Assembly (NCBI GenBank): GCA_041662665.1
Contig: JBAZSC010000001.1
Coordinates: 321,511-385,510, forward strand
Source of the DNA: Patescibacteria group bacterium
Lineage (GTDB): Bacteria > Patescibacteriota > JABMPQ01 > JAQVVF01
Length of the DNA stretch: 64,000 nt
Reading direction: 5' to 3'
The position numbers were made by a program, and so were the translations under genes. The notes under the pieces were generated by a model. The model had not been told where the DNA came from. It ran no database searches and was given only the letters and a program-made list of their open reading frames with translations. Positions 18,818-30,038 of the stretch are shown here, piece after piece (positions within the stretch are counted from its first letter, which is position 1; the number at the start of each line of letters is the position of its first letter).

Positions 18818-20404
18818 ATGGCAGAAACAATATTAGAATCATTAAAAGACAAGATTAAATCTTTTGAAGCGAAAACTAAATTAGATAAAATTGGCATTGT
18901 CACAAAAATCGGTGATGGCATTGCTCAAGTTTATGGCCTTTCCGACTGTGCAAGTTTAGAAATGCTTGAATTTGTAACATCTGAAAATGAATCAGTTTTT
19001 GGTGTTGCTTTGAACTTGGAAGAAGATAATGTTGGTGTCATTATTTTGGGAGATTATCTAAAGATTAAAGAAGGCGATACTGTAAAATCAACTGGTAGAA
19101 TTCTTGAAGTTAACGTCGGCAATAATTTAGTCGGTCGTGTTGTTAATGCATTAGGCGAGCCAATTGATGGCAAAGGTGAGATTAAAGCAGATAAGAATTA
19201 TCCAATTGAAAAAATTGCTCCTGGCGTTTTGGCCAGACAAAATGTTGATACCCCAGTTCAAACTGGTATTAAAGCTATTGATTCAATGATTCCTGTTGGT
19301 CGAGGACAAAGAGAATTAATTATTGGTGATCGTCAAACTGGAAAGACAGCTATTGCTTTGGATACAATTATTAATCAAAAAGGAAAAAATTTGATTTGTA
19401 TCTATGTTGCTATCGGCCAGAAAGAATCGAAGATTGCTAGAATTGTTAACGAGTTAGAAAAGAATGGTGCTATGGAGCACACAATTGTTGTTGTTGCTGG
19501 TGCATCTGATCCAGCTCCATTATGGTATATTGCACCATACACAGGTTGCGCAATGGGCGAGTATTTTATGGATAACAAAAAAGATGCTTTAATTATTTAT
19601 GATGATTTATCCAAGCATGCTTGGGCTTATCGTCAGATTTCATTATTACTTAGACGTCCACCAGGTCGCGAAGCTTATCCAGGCGATATTTTTTATCTTC
19701 ACTCCAGACTTTTGGAAAGAGCAGCTCGTCTTAATGAAAAATTAGGCGGAGGCTCATTAACGGCTCTTCCAATCATTGAAACTCAAGCTGGTGATATGTC
19801 TGCTTATATTCCTACAAACGTTATTTCTATTACTGATGGCCAGATTATTTTGGAATCAGATCTATTTTATGCAGGTACACGTCCAGCTGTAAATCCAGGT
19901 CTTTCAGTTTCACGTGTCGGTTCAGCTGCTCAAACAAAAGCCATGAAAAAAGTTGCTGGCAAAATCAGATTGGACTTGGCTCAATTTAGAGAATTAGCTG
20001 CTTTTGCTCAATTTGGTTCTGAATTAGACAAAGAAACACAAAACAAATTAGAGCGAGGTAAAAGAGTTACAGAAATTTTGAAGCAAGGACAATATAGTCC
20101 GCTTTCAGTTGGCAATCAAGTTACAATTATTTTTGCTGCCACAAAAGGTTTATTGGATGATATTAAGGTTGAAAAAGTCGCTGAATTTGAAAGTAAATTG
20201 CATGAAAATTTCAATAATGAAAGAAAAGAATTATTAAAAAAGATTGAAGAAACAAAAGATTTCGATACTGTTGAACCAGAATTAATTTCTGCAATTGAAG
20301 ATTTCAAAAAGAATGTTGTTCCAAAAGAATGGTTTGTTGTAAAAGAATCCGCCTCCGCTGATGCTTCGGCGGACAAGGAAGAAAAGCAAGATGAGAAAAA
20401 ATAA
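18818..20404 (+). CDS. atpA: F0F1 ATP synthase subunit alpha
   Basis: Walker A GDRQTGKT plus conserved alpha-subunit blocks. Confidence 0.95.
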   Translation: MAETILESLKDKIKSFEAKTKLDKIGIVTKIGDGIAQVYGLSDCASLEMLEFVTSENESVFGVALNLEEDNVGVIILGDYLKIKEGDTVKSTGRILEVNVGNNLVGRVVNALGEPIDGKGEIKADKNYPIEKIAPGVLARQNVDTPVQTGIKAIDSMIPVGRGQRELIIGDRQTGKTAIALDTIINQKGKNLICIYVAIGQKESKIARIVNELEKNGAMEHTIVVVAGASDPAPLWYIAPYTGCAMGEYFMDNKKDALIIYDDLSKHAWAYRQISLLLRRPPGREAYPGDIFYLHSRLLERAARLNEKLGGGSLTALPIIETQAGDMSAYIPTNVISITDGQIILESDLFYAGTRPAVNPGLSVSRVGSAAQTKAMKKVAGKIRLDLAQFRELAAFAQFGSELDKETQNKLERGKRVTEILKQGQYSPLSVGNQVTIIFAATKGLLDDIKVEKVAEFESKLHENFNNERKELLKKIEETKDFDTVEPELISAIEDFKKNVVPKEWFVVKESASADASADKEEKQDEKK

Positions 20405-20430
20405 TTTTTTTAAAAAATAGCTAAAAAAAT

Positions 20431-20799
20431 ATGGGAGAAGGAGAACCAAAAGAATTACCTAAAGAAATATACTCAGAAAATAGAAAAAAGATTCTGGAAT
20501 GCAAAAAATGGATAGAGGTTTTTCGTGAGCAAATAGATGGAGTATTGCAAAAAATTGAAGAGACCCAAAATGAAATGCAACAAATGTTAGAATCTGGTAG
20601 TGAGCTTTCTATTAATACAGAAAAAGGCAAAGAAAGATTTTCAGATTATCAGCAACGTTCCATTGATGGCTTGAAAGAATTATTAGAAGTATCCAAAAAG
20701 GAAAAAGAAAATCAAGAAAGATTACTTCAATATTTAGAAGAACAAGAAAAATATCTTACGGAGTTAGCAACTAGTGTTAGCGATCAGCAGAGTAATTAA
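20431..20799 (+). CDS. hypothetical coiled-coil protein inserted between atpA and atpG
   Basis: 122-aa E/K/Q-rich ORF inside the atp operon; no homolog recognised. Confidence 0.5.
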   Translation: MGEGEPKELPKEIYSENRKKILECKKWIEVFREQIDGVLQKIEETQNEMQQMLESGSELSINTEKGKERFSDYQQRSIDGLKELLEVSKKEKENQERLLQYLEEQEKYLTELATSVSDQQSN

Positions 20800-20894
20800 T
20801 TTATTTCTTAAAATAAAGGTTTTAAGAAATTAAAAATTTGTATTTTAAATTTATTTAGGGTTTAGGATTTATAGTTTGGAATTTTTATAATAAT

Positions 20895-21809
20895 ATGGCC
20901 TCAACTAGAGATATCAAAAGAAGAATAAAATCAATTAATAACACTCGCCAGATCACCAAAGCAATGCAGATGGTTTCTGCTGCTAAGATGAAAAAAGCGC
21001 AAGTGGCTGCTTTGCGTACTCGATATTATGCAAATACTGCACTAGAAGTTTTAGGAAGCATATCAGAAAATATGCAAAAAGGAGCTCATCCATTATTGAA
21101 TAAAAGAGATGTTAAAAAAATATTGTTGATTATTATTTCTCCTGACAAAGGTCTTTGTGGCGGATTAAATTCAAATCTTTTCAAAAAAGTTTTAAAATTT
21201 TTAGACAAAGCCAAAAAAGAAAACAAAGAATTAGATTTTATTTGTGTTGGCAAAAAGGGAATTGATTTTGCTAAAAAAATTGGCAATATTATTGCTGAAT
21301 ATGAAAAAATTGGCGATAAAATTAAAATTACTGATGCCACTTCCATTGCCCAAATTCCAATCAATAATTTTACGAATTCGAAATACGATCAAGTTAATAT
21401 TATTTTTACCGAATATGTTTCGACTCTGAAGCAAGAAGCTCGAGAACAACAGATTTTGCCATTCGAAAAAGACAAATTGATTGACCTGACAAAAGCTGGT
21501 AAAAAAGAAGAAGAAAAAATTGAAGAAAAGATTTTAAATAAATCAAAAGCAGATTACCTTTTTGAACCATCAGCCAGACAAATTTTAGCAACTTTATTGC
21601 CAAGATTAGTTGATATGCAAGTTTATCAAGCAATTGTTGAATCAAATGCTTCAGAACATTCTGCCAGAATGGTTGCCATGCAAAATGCGTCTGAAAATGC
21701 AAAAGACATGATTGCAGATTTAAGCTTCACATATAATCAAGCTCGCCAAGCAAACATTACTCGCGAATTATCAGAAATCACTGCTGGTGCCGAGGCATTG
21801 AAGAAATGA
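20895..21809 (+). CDS. atpG: F0F1 ATP synthase subunit gamma
   Basis: N-terminal MASTRDIKRRIKSINNTRQITKAMQMVSAAKMKKAQ and a conserved C-terminal helix. Confidence 0.9.
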   Translation: MASTRDIKRRIKSINNTRQITKAMQMVSAAKMKKAQVAALRTRYYANTALEVLGSISENMQKGAHPLLNKRDVKKILLIIISPDKGLCGGLNSNLFKKVLKFLDKAKKENKELDFICVGKKGIDFAKKIGNIIAEYEKIGDKIKITDATSIAQIPINNFTNSKYDQVNIIFTEYVSTLKQEAREQQILPFEKDKLIDLTKAGKKEEEKIEEKILNKSKADYLFEPSARQILATLLPRLVDMQVYQAIVESNASEHSARMVAMQNASENAKDMIADLSFTYNQARQANITRELSEITAGAEALKK

Positions 21810-21909
21810 TGTGTTAGTCACTAATATCTTAATATCCGAATTTCCGAATATCTTCGTGTTTAAATAATGAGATATTAAGAAATTCGGAAATTAAGAAATT
21901 ATAATTTAA

Positions 21910-23292
<1,383 letters not shown>

Positions 23293-23400
23293 CTAAATCC
23301 CAAATTACAAATTCCAAACAAATTACAAATAACAAGCCACAAAATAATTTTTGTAATTTGTATTTTGGATATTGTAATTTGTTTGGGATTTGAAATTTGT
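23293..23400. repeat. long imperfect palindrome, ATTACAAAT/CCCAAAT word family
   Basis: The left arm CCCAAATTACAAATTCCAAACAAATTACAAAT mirrors the right arm ATTTGTAATTTGTTTGGGATTTGAAATTTGTAAT. Related copies at 23842-23950, 46228-46330, 53930-54040 and 62160-62320. Confidence 0.8.
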
Positions 23401-23413
23401 AATTTTTTATAAA

Positions 23414-23839
23414 ATGTCTAAATTAATTTTAGAAATCATCAGTTTAGAAAAGCAGGTTTTTAATAACGAAGTTGACTCCGTTATTTTGCCAACCGAAGAA
23501 GGTGAGATCGGAATTTTGCCAAACCATGTCCATTTAGTTACCTCATTAGCTCCTGGAGAAATCAAAATTAAGCAAGGCAATGAAGAAACGGTTTTGGCTT
23601 GTTCTGGAGGTTTTGCGCAAATTAATCCAGATAAGGCAATTGTTTTAGCTGATGCTGCCGAACACGCCGAAGAAATTGATGAACAAAAAGCAGAAGAAGC
23701 GATAAAAAAAGCCAAAGAAACAATGGCAAAGAAAGATTTGAAAAAAGAAGAATATGAAGAAGCAGCTGCTGAAGTTCGTCGTTCATTGGCTAGACTTAAG
23801 GTTGTCAAGAAAAGAAGATCAAAGAAAGCCTATCGTTAA
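23414..23839 (+). CDS. atpC: F0F1 ATP synthase subunit epsilon
   Basis: MSKLILEIISLEKQVF... N-terminal beta-sandwich plus C-terminal helices. The track ORF starts 24 nt upstream at 23390; ATG at 23414 is preferred. Confidence 0.8.
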   Translation: MSKLILEIISLEKQVFNNEVDSVILPTEEGEIGILPNHVHLVTSLAPGEIKIKQGNEETVLACSGGFAQINPDKAIVLADAAEHAEEIDEQKAEEAIKKAKETMAKKDLKKEEYEEAAAEVRRSLARLKVVKKRRSKKAYR

Positions 23840-23965
23840 AATCCCAAATAACAAATCCCAAAAAACAAACAAATCACAAATTCCAAATCACAAACCTTCG
23901 CAGTCAACTTTTGTAATTTGTTTTTTGTAATTTGTTTGGGATTTGGGATTTGTAATTTTATTTTT

Positions 23966-24403
23966 ATGCCATACAATTTTATCAACGAACATCACGCCGA
24001 AGCAGCTGCATTATTTTGCATAGATTTTAGATTTAAAGATGCAGTAATCAAATTCTTAAGTCAAGAATTAAAATTAAAAAAAGCAGATATTATTGTTTTG
24101 GCTGGCGCTTCAAAAAATTTTGCTGATCCAAAAGATTTGGCCAATAAAAAAACAGCTTTGACTCAATTAGAAATTTCAGCAAAATTGCACGGCATTAAAA
24201 AAATTATTTTAATTGATCATGCTGATTGCGGTGCTTATGGCGGATTAAAAGCTTTTAACAATGATGCAGAATTAGAAAAAAAAGCTCATCTCAAAAATCT
24301 AAAAAAAGCGCAGAGCATTTTATCAAAGAAATTTAAAAGCATTGAAATAATTTTGTATTTCGCAAATCTTAAAAACAAAAAAATAATATTTGAGAAAGCC
24401 TAG
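23966..24403 (+). CDS. hypothetical protein with CxDxR...HxxCG metal-site-like motifs (possible minimal beta-carbonic-anhydrase-like fold)
   Basis: CIDFRF and IDHADCGAYGG spaced ~67 aa apart. Start taken at MPYNF (23966), not the upstream track start. Assignment is weak. Confidence 0.35.
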   Translation: MPYNFINEHHAEAAALFCIDFRFKDAVIKFLSQELKLKKADIIVLAGASKNFADPKDLANKKTALTQLEISAKLHGIKKIILIDHADCGAYGGLKAFNNDAELEKKAHLKNLKKAQSILSKKFKSIEIILYFANLKNKKIIFEKA

Positions 24404-24511
24404 TTACAGAAACTTATAACTGTCAACTGTTAACTTATAACTTTGCGGTTATTAACACCTGACAAAAAGTAATAAATATGTTATTTTAAATTTATCTACA
24501 AAGATAATTTT

Positions 24512-25096
24512 ATGTTAACAAAAAAAGACCTAAAAGAAATACTTAAAGAAGAATTTGATAAAAGAGATAAAAAATTAGATCAAAAGTTTGAAAAATCAGA
24601 AAATAAATTTGATCAAAAACTTAGTATTTTAGAAAAAAATTTTGATAACAAGCTAGATCTATTTGAGAAAAATATTGATATAAAATTAGGCGTTTTTCAG
24701 AAAAATGTTGATAAGAAGCTAGGTGTATTTGAGAATAAGATGGACAACAAAATTGATAATTTAGCTTTAATTGTCAAAAAAGGCTTTGATCAAGTTGATG
24801 AAAATTTCAAACTAGTATACAAAAAATTTGAACAAATTGATAAAGAATTTAGGCAGATCAGTAAACGATTTGACAATATGAACGTAGAGATATCTGAAAT
24901 TAAACAAAAAATAGAAATTATCGAATTAAGATTAACAAGTATTTCAAGCAAATTAGAACAATTAGAACGAGATGATTATAGAATCTCAAAAACAGAACAA
25001 GACGATGTTGATGTCTTAGCTTCAGATTTAGAGAATGTAAAAGGCAAAGTCAATGGTTTGGCATTACAAGTAAAAAAAATAGCTTTAAAACAATAA
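24512..25096 (+). CDS. hypothetical coiled-coil protein with tandem ~11-aa repeats
   Basis: Repeats of K(F/L)DxKLxxFEKN across residues 20-90. Confidence 0.5.
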   Translation: MLTKKDLKEILKEEFDKRDKKLDQKFEKSENKFDQKLSILEKNFDNKLDLFEKNIDIKLGVFQKNVDKKLGVFENKMDNKIDNLALIVKKGFDQVDENFKLVYKKFEQIDKEFRQISKRFDNMNVEISEIKQKIEIIELRLTSISSKLEQLERDDYRISKTEQDDVDVLASDLENVKGKVNGLALQVKKIALKQ

Positions 25097-25113
25097 TTAA
25101 TAAATTTTAAAAC

Positions 25114-26316
25114 ATGGACAAAAAACCAAGTTTAGACATTAAATCAGGAAAAACATTTCAAATGAAACCAACTTTAAATTCAAAAGAAGTTATTAAATCT
25201 GATCAAAAAGCTGATCCTAAAAAATCAGATCAAGTTGTAAAAAAACCAAACAAGATTATTCAATTCTTCAAAGACAATCGCTGGGCACAAATTGTCGGAA
25301 TTATCGTTGCAGTTTTATTATTAATTGGAATTGGTTTCGGTATCTATTGGCTTATTACAAAAGACAAAGGAGTAACATTCCAAGAACAGCTCAAGATGGC
25401 AAAAGATCAGCCAAAAGAAATGGCAAGACGACTTGATGGAGTTATCGTGCCAACTGCTGATGCTAATAAATATCCTGTAGCAGTAATGATTGAAAATCTT
25501 GTTGATGTCCGTCCACAGCACGCATTAAGCCAAGCTCAAGTTGTTTATGAAACAGTTGTTGAAGGTAATATTACTAGATTCATGGCGCTTTATGCTGGAA
25601 ATCAGGCCGACGAAATTCATCCTGTCAGATCAGCTCGCCCATATTACTTGCAATGGGCTTCAGAATATGATGCGCTATATGCTCATTGCGGCGGTTCTCA
25701 AGAAGCTCTTGATGCAATTCTAAGTTTTGGCATCAAAGATCTAGATCAGATTGGCGCTGGCGCTCCATATTTCTGGAGAGGCGAAGGCGAAGCTCCTCAT
25801 AATCTTTTTGCATCAACAAAAACTTTAAATTTAGCCTTGCGTGACCGAAAATTAGATACAGTCAAGCCAAAATATGATTCCTGGAAATTCAAAGATGAAA
25901 TCAGAAAAGAAAATCGTCCAACAACAATTCAAGATATTAAAATTAATTTTGCTGGCGATTATTCAGTAGAATACAAGTATGATCCAGAAACAAATACTTA
26001 TCTTCGTTTCAATCCAATTGGTGTTGAGCACAAAGACGCAGTCAATGACAGCCAGATTGCTCCAAAAAATGTTGTAATTCAATATGTTCCAAAAGAACAA
26101 GTTATGGATGATTATGGCAGATTGCAATTAGTCGTAACGGGCGAGGGCAAGGTTCAAGTTTTCCGCGATGGCGAAATGGTAGAAGGAGCTTGGAAGAAAA
26201 ATAGCAGAACTGACAGAACAAAATTCTACGATTCTACAGGTTCAGAAATAAAACTAAATCGCGGCCAGACTTGGATCACAGTTGTGCCTGACGGTTTCAG
26301 TGTCGAAGTCCTGTAA
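25114..26316 (+). CDS. DUF3048 (YerB-like) domain protein, membrane-anchored
   Basis: N-terminal TM, then PVAVMIENLVDVRPQHALSQAQVVYETVVEGNITRFMALY, typical of DUF3048. Confidence 0.7.
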   Translation: MDKKPSLDIKSGKTFQMKPTLNSKEVIKSDQKADPKKSDQVVKKPNKIIQFFKDNRWAQIVGIIVAVLLLIGIGFGIYWLITKDKGVTFQEQLKMAKDQPKEMARRLDGVIVPTADANKYPVAVMIENLVDVRPQHALSQAQVVYETVVEGNITRFMALYAGNQADEIHPVRSARPYYLQWASEYDALYAHCGGSQEALDAILSFGIKDLDQIGAGAPYFWRGEGEAPHNLFASTKTLNLALRDRKLDTVKPKYDSWKFKDEIRKENRPTTIQDIKINFAGDYSVEYKYDPETNTYLRFNPIGVEHKDAVNDSQIAPKNVVIQYVPKEQVMDDYGRLQLVVTGEGKVQVFRDGEMVEGAWKKNSRTDRTKFYDSTGSEIKLNRGQTWITVVPDGFSVEVL

Positions 26317-26321
26317 TTCGC

Positions 26322-26360
26322 GAATTGCACGAATGCCTTAAGACCACTAATCTCACGAAT
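26322..26360. promoter_or_regulatory. copy 1 (reverse orientation) of a ~36-bp motif centred on GCCTTAAG
   Basis: GAATTGCACGAATGCCTTAAGACCACTAATCTCACGAAT. Other copies at 30002-30038, 39646-39682 and 40788-40826. Confidence 0.6.
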
Positions 26361-26366
26361 ATATAA

Positions 26367-26390
26367 AACCACGCTTTAAGCGTGGTTTTT
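26367..26390 (+). terminator. rho-independent terminator after the DUF3048 gene
   Basis: ACCACGC-tttaa-GCGTGGT hairpin followed by TTTTT. Confidence 0.6.
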
Positions 26391-26411
26391 AGTTTGATTT
26401 TTGATACAAAA

Positions 26412-26440
26412 TTGACAAAAATAATGTTAAGTGTTATACT
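26412..26440 (+). promoter_or_regulatory. sigma70-like promoter TTGACA-17-TATACT
   Basis: Exact TTGACA at 26412, a 17-bp spacer, then TATACT. A GGAAGGAGGA RBS follows, 8 nt before the ATG at 26484. Confidence 0.6.
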
Positions 26441-26483
26441 CAAAAATACTGTTATCGTGGTCCAGGGAAGGAGGAAAGACAGA

Positions 26484-27383
26484 ATGGAAAAGGACGCACA
26501 ACCTCGTATCGCTCTTTTTATCGACTTTGATAATATGCTTGATTTTCTTACTCCTGATTCAATTTCCAGATTACTAAATAAGCTTCGTGATCTTGGTAGA
26601 ATAGAGCATGCAGGAATTTATACTGATGTTTGTTTTGTTGCGAACTCCGGTAAAACAAAAGACTATGGAATCATTCTTCGTGCCTATGAACAGGGTTGTA
26701 AAATCTTTCATTGCCCAAAGCTAAATGGTCGAGAAAAGCCGAAAGATACAGTGGATGAGAATATTATCACTGATATCCATACGTTGCTTGAAACTCGACC
26801 TGACATTAGTCACTTTGTTCTCGCTTCCCATGATTCAAATTTTCTTAGGTCTGCAAATGCAGTTAGTTTTCGAGGTAAAAATCTTGTTGTTGTCATGAAT
26901 GATCCAGCAGGTAATAGGAGACTAGAACAAATTGCGGATGATGTCATTTTTCTAAGTGAGCTAGAAACGCCAGAAAATAAGGAACCAGCCCCTCCGAATA
27001 ATCCCTTGGCTGAATTCTTAAACCAAAGATTTGCAGATCCAGAAAGCCTATACAAAGCTGTGAGAGAACTTGGCCTCAACAAAAACGATAGGTTAAGACT
27101 TGCCCTAGATGCTGTAATTAATATTAATAGTATGCCTCAAGGAGAATATCCTTACAAATACCTTGTAGATTACCTAGCTCATCAGGGTCAATTCACTTTT
27201 GCTCAGCGAACAGATGAAGGCGCAATTAGAGGTGCGATAAATGATTTGATCGGTTGTAACATTTTACTCAGACAAACAAAACCTGATTTCAAATTCTATG
27301 TTCTAGATCCAACTCATATGTTTGTAATCGTCGCACTCAATTCTGTACATCTTGAAGTCCTCAAAGCTCTTTTGCAAGATTAG
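26484..27383 (+). CDS. NYN (LabA-like/PIN-like) domain protein
   Basis: RIALFIDFDNM...FVLASHDSNF matches NYN nuclease-fold blocks. Start placed at the ATG after the strong SD. The gene is ~40% GC, higher than its neighbours. Confidence 0.65.
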   Translation: MEKDAQPRIALFIDFDNMLDFLTPDSISRLLNKLRDLGRIEHAGIYTDVCFVANSGKTKDYGIILRAYEQGCKIFHCPKLNGREKPKDTVDENIITDIHTLLETRPDISHFVLASHDSNFLRSANAVSFRGKNLVVVMNDPAGNRRLEQIADDVIFLSELETPENKEPAPPNNPLAEFLNQRFADPESLYKAVRELGLNKNDRLRLALDAVININSMPQGEYPYKYLVDYLAHQGQFTFAQRTDEGAIRGAINDLIGCNILLRQTKPDFKFYVLDPTHMFVIVALNSVHLEVLKALLQD

Positions 27384-27401
27384 ATCTACTCTAATCTTTT
27401 T

Positions 27402-28274
27402 TTATACCCAAATTATCATCACTCTCTCACATCCTCCTAAATCATTTTTGATTTCATATTTTGCTTCTGGCATTTTTTCTTTAACCAGATTTATCATTTT
27501 GTCTTTAAAAACTGGATCAATCTCAAAAAATATAATGCCATTTTTATTCAGATATCTTGGCGCTTGATCTAGTAATTCAGAATACAAAGTTGTTTCTTCT
27601 TTTACAATCAAAGCGGTTTTTGGTTCAAATTTTCTGACATCTTCTTCAGTTAAATCTAATTGTTCAACTGTAATATATGGTAAATTAGCGCAAATTATGT
27701 CAACTTTATTTTCAAGTAATGGTTCTAATAAATTTCCTTGCAATAACTCAACATTTGCTTTATTTTTTTCAACATTTATTTTTGCAACTTCTAGAGCATC
27801 ATAAGATAAATCAATTGCAAAAATTTTAGCATTTTCCAAATTTTTAGCCAGGCTTACAGCAATACATCCAGATCCAGTTCCGACGTCAGCAATTTTTAAT
27901 TCAAGTCTCGAAGACGCTCGGCTTTCTCCGGAAAAAGCCGAGCGTCTTAGTTTTTGTTCACGAATTACTTCTTCAACGAGTATTTCAGTTTCAGGTCTTG
28001 GAATTAAAACTCGTTTATCAACGTAAAAATTTAGTCCGAAAAATTCTTTATTATTAATAATATAGGCAATTGGCTCATGTTTCTTTCTTCTTTCTAAAAG
28101 CTGATTAAATTGTTCAATTTGTTTTTCGTTTAATTCAATTTCAGAATTCGCAAATAAATATTCTTTATTTTTTTTCAAAACAAAAGATAACAAAATTTCG
28201 CAATCCAAATCTGGAGAAGAAGAAATGCCTTTTAATTCTTTTATCGATTTATTTAATAAATTTTTTATAGACAT
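27402..28274 (-). CDS. prmC: peptide chain release factor N5-glutamine methyltransferase
   Basis: VGTGSGCIAVSLA SAM motif and NLPY(I) substrate motif; located near prfA. Confidence 0.8.
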   Translation of the reverse strand: MSIKNLLNKSIKELKGISSSPDLDCEILLSFVLKKNKEYLFANSEIELNEKQIEQFNQLLERRKKHEPIAYIINNKEFFGLNFYVDKRVLIPRPETEILVEEVIREQKLRRSAFSGESRASSRLELKIADVGTGSGCIAVSLAKNLENAKIFAIDLSYDALEVAKINVEKNKANVELLQGNLLEPLLENKVDIICANLPYITVEQLDLTEEDVRKFEPKTALIVKEETTLYSELLDQAPRYLNKNGIIFFEIDPVFKDKMINLVKEKMPEAKYEIKNDLGGCERVMIIWV

Positions 28275-28310
28275 TTTATTATTATGTTATTTTTAATTTT
28301 ATTATTCGCA

Positions 28311-29531
28311 TTATCCGATCCAATACCAGTTCGCGAGCATTACAGTAAACAAACTTAACATCATTGAAAATAGCATGATTATAAAATAATTTAACCATTC
28401 TCTTTTTATTGTAAATTTGGCAAGCAGAATAAAGACTGGAAATAAAACTAATGTAAATCTGGTCATAGAAATTAACGATCCAGTCAAGAAGGGAATTAAC
28501 AATGCCAAAAAACAATATAATCCATAAGACTTTCTTAATCTAAAAAATACAACAATAGATAAAATTAAAAAAGTTATAAAAAAGAAAAATTCAAAATCAT
28601 TTCTTAAAGAAAAAGCAAAATTTTGCGAAGGTTGAAAAATATCGTGGACATGATTTTTCAGATCAATCCATATGCCCCAAAAATCAAATCCAATCTTTCT
28701 GTCCCAAGCAGTTTGCGCCTGCATAAATAAAAAAGCATTTTTAAATTTGATCCATAAAAACAGCATATAACTTGCAAGACCAGCAGGCACCAGCAAAGTC
28801 CATAAAATATCTAATTTAATTTCTTTAAAACTAAATTTTCTTTGTTCAATATATTCTAAAATTAAAACCAGAAACAAGATAATGCCAATTGGACGACATG
28901 TGGCTACAAAAAAACCAAAGCTTGAAGCAATCGCAAATCTTCTAGTTCTCGCAAAATACAAACAAGCAACAGCTAAAAATATAAATAATGATTCAGTATA
29001 AATTGATGCCAGAAAAATCGCAGTTGGAAAAATCAAAAAATAAAAAACAGATTTTAGCGCAGAATTATTATCTTGCAATTCAATCTTAGCGAGCTTATAC
29101 AAAAAATAACAAACGCCAAAAGTAGCTAGCGTTGAAATGATTATTCCAGAAATTACTTGAGATTGAAAAACATAACTAAATATTTTAATCAACAACGGAT
29201 AAAGAGGGAAGAAAGCAGTATTGTACAAATTTTTTGCTTGATCAAAAAAATAACCAGATTTAGCAATTTCCAAATAAAAACCAGAATCCCATTTTACAAA
29301 ATACTGCAAAAATTCTGGTAGTTTATCAATAGACCAAGGACTTAAATGATCATAAGCATTATCTGTTGATAAAAAAAGTCTATATTTACCAAGAAAAGCA
29401 ATAAATTGTACAACAACACGCCAACCAATAAATAACAGAATGATGTTCCAGATTTCTTTTTTTGTTAGTTTTTGTTTCATATATTTTAAAAAAATGTTTT
29501 GACTTAATCGGTTTAGTAAAAAACTTGACAT
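28311..29531 (-). CDS. polytopic membrane protein, glycosyltransferase-like (PIG-V/mannosyltransferase-like)
   Basis: ~10 TM helices and a WDSGFYLEIAKSGY motif near the N-terminus. Confidence 0.5.
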   Translation of the reverse strand: MSSFLLNRLSQNIFLKYMKQKLTKKEIWNIILLFIGWRVVVQFIAFLGKYRLFLSTDNAYDHLSPWSIDKLPEFLQYFVKWDSGFYLEIAKSGYFFDQAKNLYNTAFFPLYPLLIKIFSYVFQSQVISGIIISTLATFGVCYFLYKLAKIELQDNNSALKSVFYFLIFPTAIFLASIYTESLFIFLAVACLYFARTRRFAIASSFGFFVATCRPIGIILFLVLILEYIEQRKFSFKEIKLDILWTLLVPAGLASYMLFLWIKFKNAFLFMQAQTAWDRKIGFDFWGIWIDLKNHVHDIFQPSQNFAFSLRNDFEFFFFITFLILSIVVFFRLRKSYGLYCFLALLIPFLTGSLISMTRFTLVLFPVFILLAKFTIKREWLNYFIIMLFSMMLSLFTVMLANWYWIG

Positions 29532-29553
29532 TTACATAGCTGTATGCTATAAT
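29525..29553 (+). promoter_or_regulatory. consensus sigma70-like promoter TTGACA-17-TATAAT
   Basis: Exact -35 and -10 hexamers with 17-bp spacing; GAGGAGGAAAG RBS before the ATG at 29594. Confidence 0.65.
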
Positions 29554-29593
29554 TAAAAAAGTTCAATCCAGCTGCAGCAGAGGAGGAAAGAAG

Positions 29594-29968
29594 ATGAGAA
29601 GAACACTAATAGCAGTGATTTTCTTCAATCTCATTGGATTTGGTTTTGGTTGTACTCTCAAACCACAGCAATGCCCGTCACAAGGTCTTAAGATTGATGA
29701 AGGACAAGAAAAAAAAAGCTTGCTCATTGTTGAAGAAGCAAAAACTAGCGATTGTTGTGATCCCATTACCCATGGATTGATGAGTACGATTCACGGACGA
29801 GAAACCTATTTCTTTGATAGTTGTCATGGAGACAAGCCATTATATCCTCTTTGCAAGTTTTCTGCAAAGCGCGAATGTTGCGACCGTGCAACAGGACGAT
29901 GGGTTGGTTCTGACGGTTATCTTTCGACGCTTGTAACATGTAGTGGAACAGTTTTTTGTACTTTGTAA
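29594..29968 (+). CDS. small secreted cysteine-rich protein (signal peptide, 12 Cys)
   Basis: MRRTLIAVIFFNLIGFGFGC signal/lipobox-like N-terminus; CC and CxxxxC pairs; strong RBS and promoter. Confidence 0.6.
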   Translation: MRRTLIAVIFFNLIGFGFGCTLKPQQCPSQGLKIDEGQEKKSLLIVEEAKTSDCCDPITHGLMSTIHGRETYFFDSCHGDKPLYPLCKFSAKRECCDRATGRWVGSDGYLSTLVTCSGTVFCTL

Positions 29969-30001
29969 GGGCCAATGTGGCTCTTTTTTTCTATAAAAAT
30001 T

Positions 30002-30038
30002 GGTGCAATTCGAGGCCTTAAGGCATTAGTGAGATTAG
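30002..30038. promoter_or_regulatory. copy 2 of the GGCCTTAAGGCATT motif
   Basis: GGTGCAATTCGAGGCCTTAAGGCATTAGTGAGATTAG. It shares the AATTGCAC and TAATCTCAC arm words with copy 1, each reverse-complemented in place. Confidence 0.6.

Noticed and set aside
28282-28515. 77-aa minus ORF overlapping the 3-prime end of the membrane glycosyltransferase-like gene
   Set aside because: It is an out-of-frame overlap with a longer, well-supported membrane protein ORF.
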